Below, piece after piece: positions 57,668 to 64,000 of a stretch of 64,000 nucleotides of DNA. The stretch spans positions 1,152,001 to 1,216,000 of the forward strand of contig OZ220733.1 in NCBI GenBank assembly GCA_965116875.1, written 5' to 3'. The position numbers and the translations under genes were made by a program. The notes beneath the pieces are model-generated. The model was not told the origin of the DNA. It saw nothing but the letters and a program-made list of their open reading frames with translations, and did not search any database. The stretch's first letter is position 1, and each line of letters starts with the position of its first letter. This DNA comes from Candidatus Latescibacterota bacterium. GTDB taxonomy: Bacteria > Latescibacterota > UBA2968 > GCA-2709665.

Positions 57668-59044
57668 ATGAAGTGCGATTCCAATTGTTATCCCTTAACC
57701 AGTACCTCAGGCATCTCTTGGATTGGCAACGTTCCGCGTCATTGGAAGTTAGTTAGGTTCCGAACCATACTTTCTGAAAAAACGGAACGAAATAGGTCCG
57801 ATTTACCTCTCTTGTCCGTGGTACGTGAGAAGGGAGTAATTCTGAGGGATGTAGATAATTGGGACGAGAACCCAAATTTCATTCCTGACGACCTGTCCAA
57901 TTACAAGGTCGTGGGCAAGGGTCAATTTGCCATGAACAAGATGAAAGCTTGGCAAGGCTCTTATGGCGTTTCACAGTACGAAGGCATAGTAAGTCCGGCG
58001 TACTTTGTCTTTGACGTAAATGAGGTAATGGCTGACTATTTTCACGTTGCCGTCCGCTCAAAGGCGTTCGTTCCTTTTTTTCGTCAAGCATCAGACGGCG
58101 TTCGAATTGGGCAATGGGATTTGTCACAGACACGAATGCGGGAGATTCCTTTTTGGGTCCCACCTCTCCCTGAACAAGCCGCAATCGTCCGCTATCTTGA
58201 CCAAATTGGTGACTGTATCAACCGGTATGTTAACGCGAAGAAGAGGCTTATTCGGTTGCTTGCGGAAAAAAAGCAAGCCGTCATTGATCACGCCGTCACA
58301 CGTGGCCTTGACCGTGACGTCCCATCAAAGCCTTCGGGGGTAGAGTCGATCGGCGGTGTCCCTCGGCATTGGGGATTTAAAAGGCTTGGGCACATTGCTA
58401 CGAAGTTTGGTAGTGGGATTACTCCTCGAGGCGGATCAACAGTTTATAGGGAGTGTGGCGTTCCCTTCTTGAGGAGTCAAAACATCCATTTCGACGGCCT
58501 CCGAATACGGGACGTTGCTCGAATTGCACCAAGTCTCCACCGGGAACTTTCTGGTACCCACGTAAAGCCTGGTGACGTTCTACTGAATATAACAGGCGCA
58601 TCAATCGGGCGCGTGTGCTCGGTTCCTGACGACTTCGCCGAAGCCAATGTCAACCAGCACGTATGCATAATTCGCCCTGCCCAAGACCACATACACCCTA
58701 CACTGCTTGCAGCTTTTTTGTCCACTACAATGATGCAGCGAGAGATCCAATTTGAACAGAGCGGGGCATCCCGAGAGGGCCTAACCATACAATCGATTCG
58801 CAACTTCCGAGTAATCGTGCCGCCGCTCTCGGAACAGTCCTGTATAGTTCGCTATCTCGACAAGACAACTGCCAGAATTGAAGCTACTATCGGCCGCACG
58901 CGCCGCCAAATAGAGTTAATAGAGAAATACCGTATACGGCTGATCGCAGATGTGGTCACTGGCAAATTGGATGTACGCGAAGCGGCAGTAAATCTGTCAG
59001 ATGAAGTGGGGGACTTGGGAAGCGCCGGATGTAGCGAAAACTAA
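57668..59044 (+). CDS. hsdS: type I restriction-modification specificity subunit S
   Basis: SGISWIGNVPRHW / SGVESIGGVPRHW, two PPL.EQ..IV.YLD conserved regions, AVTRGLD, LIADVVTGKLDVR. Confidence 0.93.
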   Translation: MKCDSNCYPLTSTSGISWIGNVPRHWKLVRFRTILSEKTERNRSDLPLLSVVREKGVILRDVDNWDENPNFIPDDLSNYKVVGKGQFAMNKMKAWQGSYGVSQYEGIVSPAYFVFDVNEVMADYFHVAVRSKAFVPFFRQASDGVRIGQWDLSQTRMREIPFWVPPLPEQAAIVRYLDQIGDCINRYVNAKKRLIRLLAEKKQAVIDHAVTRGLDRDVPSKPSGVESIGGVPRHWGFKRLGHIATKFGSGITPRGGSTVYRECGVPFLRSQNIHFDGLRIRDVARIAPSLHRELSGTHVKPGDVLLNITGASIGRVCSVPDDFAEANVNQHVCIIRPAQDHIHPTLLAAFLSTTMMQREIQFEQSGASREGLTIQSIRNFRVIVPPLSEQSCIVRYLDKTTARIEATIGRTRRQIELIEKYRIRLIADVVTGKLDVREAAVNLSDEVGDLGSAGCSEN

Positions 59045-59123
59045 GAGCGCGTCCAGTTCATAGGCGAGCATTCCTTCGTGCCCGCGACGTCGTGCGGGAA
59101 CAAACAAACTAAAGATTGACATC

Positions 59124-62100
59124 ATGGATGCCCGTTTGAAGCGAATCCCACCGCCTAACGCGTGGGAAGTTTTCGAAGACCTCTGTCATCAGCTATTCAT
59201 GGCTGTTTGGTGCGACCCATATGCACAGAAGGTGGGAAGACGAGGCCAAGCGCAGCAAGGAGTGGATATCTTCGGGTCGCCTAACGGTAACTATGAGAAT
59301 TATCAGGGCGTGCAGTGTAGATTGAAAGGGGACTCTTACGGCAATAAACCGAGTATCGATGAACTTCAGTGTGAAATTTCCAAGGCCGAAGGTTTTGAGC
59401 CAGCATTGCATCACTGGATATTCGCAACTACTGCTCCGGTTGACGCCACTCTACAAAAGCAAGCACGAAAAATCTCCGCAATTCGAAAAGAGAAAGGGCA
59501 CTTCACTGTCAGCGTACTTGGATGGAGTGCAATTACGTTTCTACTCTGTCAGCACAAACAGGTATTATCGGAGTTTTATCCTGAACATGGAATAGATGTC
59601 TCGCAGCTCCTCGATCATTTAAGAACAATGCCTGATGGTTCGGAAGTCCGTGAACTGCTAGAAGCAGTAAAGCAGATGGGAAAAATTGACCATTCCGCAA
59701 TCCAAACTCATTCTACTTGGCGACCGGTGGTCTTTGGTGCTGGCCGAGGCCTCGGACCTGCATTGATGGGTCGTTCACTTGGGCCGCAAGACGCTCCGTC
59801 CTGCCCGAAATTCCAGGAAGTGAATGTGGCAATCACTGAACTCAAGCGGGCCTATACAGCGCGCATTGTCGGCGAACCAGGTGCAGGAAAATCAATTTGT
59901 GCGTACCAGACAGCGCTTCACTTCGCCAAGAACGGTTGGCTAGTATTTCGGCTAGCCGACCCTTGTGTCGAGACTATCGAATTGGAGGCTGCTGACGATG
60001 ACCGACGTGCAATCTACATCGTCGACGATGCTCATCTCACCAGCAACCTTGTCCTAAAGATCGCGGAAGACGCCGCTGGCCCGCACCGGTTGCTGCTGTC
60101 CACCCATAACACCGTGAAGCACGATACATCATCCCGTGGCGCGATAATTATTGATGCAGAACATGCCGTTCGTACCATTGCTACCGCGCTCCGCAATGAA
60201 CCAGAACTCACGCTGAAGGTCGTGCGCCGCATAGACAACACAGTTGGTAATTTACCCACCGATGCCTCCCTTGAGGATCGTATTCACCAAGCTGAAAAGA
60301 ACGCTAAATACCCGTGGCAATTTTGTTTCATTGTTGGCGGTGGCTGGCGTCGATCCAAAGTAGCCGTAACCGCCGCACGATCAGCCAATGCTGATATTGC
60401 ATTGGCCGGCATCGCTACTCGCCAACTAGCCTCTCGAGACGAGCGCCCGAGCCTTAATGAGCTAATTTCACTGTTAGATGTCGCCGGGTTAGAGACTTCG
60501 GAAGTAAAACATTCCATTCGGTGGCTAATCAATAATCGTTTTGTCATCGGACCGCACGACCTGCGGTGTCCTCACCAGCGGTTTGCATCAGTGGCACTCA
60601 AAGAAATTCTTGAAGGACAGGACAATGACGAACTTGAGCGCACTGGACGGTTGTTGAAACATGTAGTTTCCGACGGCGGATATCCTATAGCGGGTCTGTG
60701 GATTCTCCTGCAGGAACTCCGCATTGGTGGTGATTTTTGGCAAGGGCGATATTTGATTGACGAAGCATCATTGAAGCCACTCATGGATAGGTCCTGGCAA
60801 ACGTCTCCTCCGGAGGATCGGACGTTTGCCAGCCTCGTCTTAAGTGAAATTGACTTCTATGTGAAGGGTTGGCCACAAACACAATTCCGGGGCCGTGAAC
60901 ACATTCTCGGTCGTTGGATCTCTGACCCTGCAGAGCCAACCGGCTACGGACTCGCGCGCCTTATTCATGCGATCCACAACAAGGATAGTGAATTCGCTCG
61001 TTCGTTGATAGACGCGTCCAATCCAATTGAGGTGGCCGCATCTATCTCTGCAGTCACGCCGAAAACGGCCTACAACTTAGGTGAAATCCTTGGCGCACTT
61101 CGCACTGATTCGGGTACTTTGTGGTGTCGGACCTTTTTGGACGACTTGGATCGGTCGAAGCTTATAGCATTTGCAGCCGATTGGCCTCAATCAGAATCCC
61201 CATCGGGATTTACGAACTTTTGCCACTCAATGGTCTACGTTGATGAGTCATTAGCGCTCGATATGATGGGTCAATTCATGCCGGCCGCACAAAAGCTCTT
61301 GGCGAAAAATCCCGTAACAGCGTTCGGTGAACTTCGCGATCTAGTACTTTATGTACTTCGCATGCTGGACCTATTCGGCACATATGTGGGCCGAATGGCA
61401 CCAGGACCCCGACAGCGCGCATTGGCGCGTGAAATGATGCGAGGCGTTACACCTTCACGGCTTGCCGAACAACTTTCAGCCAGCCAGCTGCGCGAATTCC
61501 AAAACTCTGGATTTCTCCTCGCATTCATGGCGAGTGCTGTGCCTGCGAAGTTCCGCGCTACTGTGGCTGCGATGGATTGGGCACGCATCGCAGAGACGAT
61601 CGGTGATCACTGGAAAGATCTTCCGCACGAACCAGAAGTCCTGTTTGGAATCGCCTATCACGCAAAAAGATGCCGCGAGAAAATCGCACAAGTGATTGAT
61701 GACAATCTTCATCGGATTGAAGCGTTTCCGCCTAGGTTGGTGTTGGTTGCACCAAATGCGGCCTACAAGCATGCCGAGCGCGGTGGTTTAATCAGGTTAG
61801 CGCAATACGACCATGTGGACTGGCGGTTTGGTGTTCCCGCTCTAATGTGCTTTTTCGAGAACCGTCCAAACCTCCTTTACACGATATTGAAGCCTTCTGA
61901 GATTACAACTGGACGAGTTTTCTCTAAGGCTCACCCAAGTTGGTACGATGAAGCGGGCGACTATGTCCAACTCCTAGGAGAGATTGCACCACTGAGTCTT
62001 CAACGAATCCTTGATAGTGTCGATGTTCGAGACGCAGAAAAGGGTTGGACTGAATCGCTACGTTCTTCGGCTGGACCGCGAAAGACAGTGGCTTTGCTTA

Positions 62101-62195
62101 TTGAGTCGAGCCTCGAAAGGCAGGATGAACTTGGGGCGTTGGCGAATCAGTTGCGTAAACGGTATCCAAAATCGTCTGTCCCACGTCATCCTTAG
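59124..62195 (+). CDS. Mrr/Cap4-like PD-(D/E)xK nuclease + STAND-like P-loop NTPase + long helical C-terminus (Avs/NLR-like candidate)
   Basis: FEDLC..L...GR.GQ.Q.GVDI...GVQC; Walker A GEPGAGKS; Walker B IYIVDDAH; about 600-aa helical tail. Confidence 0.75.
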   Translation: MDARLKRIPPPNAWEVFEDLCHQLFMAVWCDPYAQKVGRRGQAQQGVDIFGSPNGNYENYQGVQCRLKGDSYGNKPSIDELQCEISKAEGFEPALHHWIFATTAPVDATLQKQARKISAIRKEKGHFTVSVLGWSAITFLLCQHKQVLSEFYPEHGIDVSQLLDHLRTMPDGSEVRELLEAVKQMGKIDHSAIQTHSTWRPVVFGAGRGLGPALMGRSLGPQDAPSCPKFQEVNVAITELKRAYTARIVGEPGAGKSICAYQTALHFAKNGWLVFRLADPCVETIELEAADDDRRAIYIVDDAHLTSNLVLKIAEDAAGPHRLLLSTHNTVKHDTSSRGAIIIDAEHAVRTIATALRNEPELTLKVVRRIDNTVGNLPTDASLEDRIHQAEKNAKYPWQFCFIVGGGWRRSKVAVTAARSANADIALAGIATRQLASRDERPSLNELISLLDVAGLETSEVKHSIRWLINNRFVIGPHDLRCPHQRFASVALKEILEGQDNDELERTGRLLKHVVSDGGYPIAGLWILLQELRIGGDFWQGRYLIDEASLKPLMDRSWQTSPPEDRTFASLVLSEIDFYVKGWPQTQFRGREHILGRWISDPAEPTGYGLARLIHAIHNKDSEFARSLIDASNPIEVAASISAVTPKTAYNLGEILGALRTDSGTLWCRTFLDDLDRSKLIAFAADWPQSESPSGFTNFCHSMVYVDESLALDMMGQFMPAAQKLLAKNPVTAFGELRDLVLYVLRMLDLFGTYVGRMAPGPRQRALAREMMRGVTPSRLAEQLSASQLREFQNSGFLLAFMASAVPAKFRATVAAMDWARIAETIGDHWKDLPHEPEVLFGIAYHAKRCREKIAQVIDDNLHRIEAFPPRLVLVAPNAAYKHAERGGLIRLAQYDHVDWRFGVPALMCFFENRPNLLYTILKPSEITTGRVFSKAHPSWYDEAGDYVQLLGEIAPLSLQRILDSVDVRDAEKGWTESLRSSAGPRKTVALLIESSLERQDELGALANQLRKRYPKSSVPRHP

Positions 62196-62931
62196 GATCT
62201 TACATGCACGAGAATACAACTTGAGTGGCACAGTCTCCGTGACGCAATACAGATCGACAAATTCTTTATTTATAGTAATATACCTTGATTGACGGGTACT
62301 TGACTGAGACCGCTCCATAGATAGGTGTCACAGGTAGCATTACTCCTTTCGCAAGTGATCGGCTTCTTGGACGTGATCAATCATCCGTTGGGTAGCGACG
62401 TTTCTGATTCACTTTCAATCAACGCCCGCATGCTTGTATTTGAGAAGACGGCCAATCAGGAATTGTGCCATTAGACAAGAAACGTCTCAAATGGCATAAA
62501 ATCGGCATAATTCTGGCATTATTGATTCTGTAAGTATCTGTTTCTTAGGGATTTTTTCGCTCTGTCTTTTACGTCAAAACATAATCCTTCAGACAGAAGG
62601 GTCGTAATTCATATGTTCGGTGAACAGATTTACCGGTGATTATAAAGACCGGTTCTGTTTTAGCACAGGCGCGATTGCTGTCCCACCAATTATGCTGATC
62701 GATATTGGGAATTCCCCAGCGACGGAGTCTGGATTTCTAATCGCTGCCAATTGATCGCGAATTGCCAAAACGATAGCTGAATCCATTAACCCATTAATTT
62801 TATTGTATTTATTTAATTGACGGGTAATTGACTGGATCCGCTGCTTGACCACCCGCGTCAGCGGCCGACTCATCTCGAACACGAACGGCGGCCAGCCTCT
62901 CTTCAGAAAGTCCCAGACTTTAGTCAGAGCC

Positions 62932-63257
62932 ATGCCAAGCCGACGGACAAAATAAGCTTGCAGCCGAGTGTCCTGCAGTAGGCTCGAGAACGTGCCCGCG
63001 TCAGTCGCGACGAACTGGCTCGCGAAATGCAGGGCAACGTCGACCGCGTCGTTGAGTGGGAGGTAACCGGCTAAGTCATCGTCGCCCGGGCAGACGGGCT
63101 CGCCGAACGCACCCACACCCTTCTGGATTTGCTGTACCTCTCACTGGCACCCGACGACAGCCTGTCCATTCCAGATTTCAGGACACGCGACGCTGACGCA
63201 GATCCACGACGTCCGAGCCTCGACCTGCCGGAAACGGTCTATGCGATACAACCCTGA
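62932..63257 (+). pseudogene. decayed XRE-HTH / ImmA-IrrE metallopeptidase family gene (N-terminal fragment)
   Basis: Hand translation from 62952: ISLQPSVLQ*ARERARVSRDELAREMQGNVDRVVEWEVTG*...LAERTHT...LYL...IPDFRT...RRPSLDLPETVYAIQ. In-frame stops at 62979 and 63072; truncated before the peptidase domain. Confidence 0.7.
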
Positions 63258-63280
63258 CAGAAATGGATGCGAGTCGACCT

Positions 63281-63937
63281 ATGGCAGTACCCAACAATCC
63301 AAAGATCTACCATATCGTCCATTTTGACAGGTTGCCTTCAATAATCGCTGCCGGTGGCCTCTGGTGCGACGCGAAGATCGAGGAGTTAGGGGAAACCGGG
63401 ACAACCATAGGAATGAGCAATATCAAGAAACGCCGACTTGGTTTGAAACTAACCACCCACCCGACGCTGAACGTCGGGGAATGCGTTCCATTTTACTTTT
63501 GCCCTCGATCCGTTATGCTCTACGTGATCTACAGGGGGAATGACCCGGAGTTGGCCTACCGCGGTGGGCAGGGACCAATTGTTCATTTGGAGGCTGATTT
63601 ACGGAAAACCGTTGCTTGGGCAGAGCAGCACAATCTTCGATGGGCGTTCACCCTGTCAAATGCCGGTGCATACTACTTCGAAGACCGGTGTGACTTGGGA
63701 CAATTGTCCGAGATCAATTGGAGCGCGGTACGAGCGAATAAATGGTCCGGCATCGGCGTCCCTGTGTCCCACAAGGAAGGCAAACAGGCGGAATTCCTGA
63801 TTGAGCGGCAGTTCCCCTGGGAACTGATCTCCCGTATCGGCGTATACACCTCGCGAGTCCACGACCAAACCCTTGCAGCCCTTGAAGCAGCTACGCACAA
63901 GCCACCGGTCGAGATCAAACGCGACTGGTACTATTGA
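63281..63937 (+). CDS. darT: DarT (DUF4433) DNA ADP-ribosyltransferase toxin
   Basis: KIYHIVH..RLPSI...GL, CVPFYFCPRSVMLY, FTLSNAG, KQAEFL (catalytic Glu), C-terminal WYY. Confidence 0.92.
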   Translation: MAVPNNPKIYHIVHFDRLPSIIAAGGLWCDAKIEELGETGTTIGMSNIKKRRLGLKLTTHPTLNVGECVPFYFCPRSVMLYVIYRGNDPELAYRGGQGPIVHLEADLRKTVAWAEQHNLRWAFTLSNAGAYYFEDRCDLGQLSEINWSAVRANKWSGIGVPVSHKEGKQAEFLIERQFPWELISRIGVYTSRVHDQTLAALEAATHKPPVEIKRDWYY

Positions 63938-63956
63938 CGGCACGAGGAGAAAGGCC

Positions 63957-64000
63957 ATGATCGAATACAAGACCGGCGACATCCTCTCCGAACAAGCCGA
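63957..64000 (+). CDS. darG: DarG macrodomain antitoxin, 5' fragment
   Basis: GAGGAG RBS then MIEYKTGDILSEQA, a typical macrodomain start, directly after darT. Truncated by the window end. Confidence 0.75.
   Translation, partial: MIEYKTGDILSEQA

Noticed and set aside
62578-62612. CATAATCC...GGGTCGTAATTC considered as a tRNA 3' fragment (att site)
   Set aside because: It lacks a proper T-arm (GGTTCGAATCC) and acceptor stem; the similarity is too weak.
62640-63116. 158-aa minus-strand ORF
   Set aside because: No recognisable motifs; it is antisense to the XRE/ImmA relic and crosses an AT-rich promoter-like patch.

Overview
The window has two parts. (1) About 1-47.2 kb is a GC-rich, almost entirely + strand catabolic region. 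It encodes many signal-peptide-free hydrolases and oxidoreductases: Gfo/Idh/MocA x2, GH42-like x2, five-bladed propeller glycosidase-like x3, PhyH dioxygenases x2, C45 Ntn-hydrolases x2, a sialidase-like protein, CocE, SGNH and Ldh_2. It also holds an outer-membrane operon (beta-barrel, TonB-dependent receptor, T9SS-CTD cargo protein, PorV-like barrel), a DUF6785-type membrane protein, a GH113, two toxin-antitoxin loci (hicBA with hicA split by a 164-bp MITE, and vapBC) and several families of small intergenic repeats. The gene content suggests an FCB-superphylum organism such as a Latescibacterota-like bacterium; this is inference only. (2) About 47.7-64 kb is a defence island whose GC content drops after hsdM. 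A type I RM operon is split by inserts: hsdM, an NDT/TIR-like protein, a Lit-like protease, a Vsr-Dcm-[MORC-ATPase/His-kinase]-receiver module, hsdS, a nuclease-STAND NTPase protein, a decayed XRE/ImmA gene, darT and the start of darG. No rRNA, tRNA or CRISPR array was recognised. All calls come from reading motifs by eye; no database searches were run.
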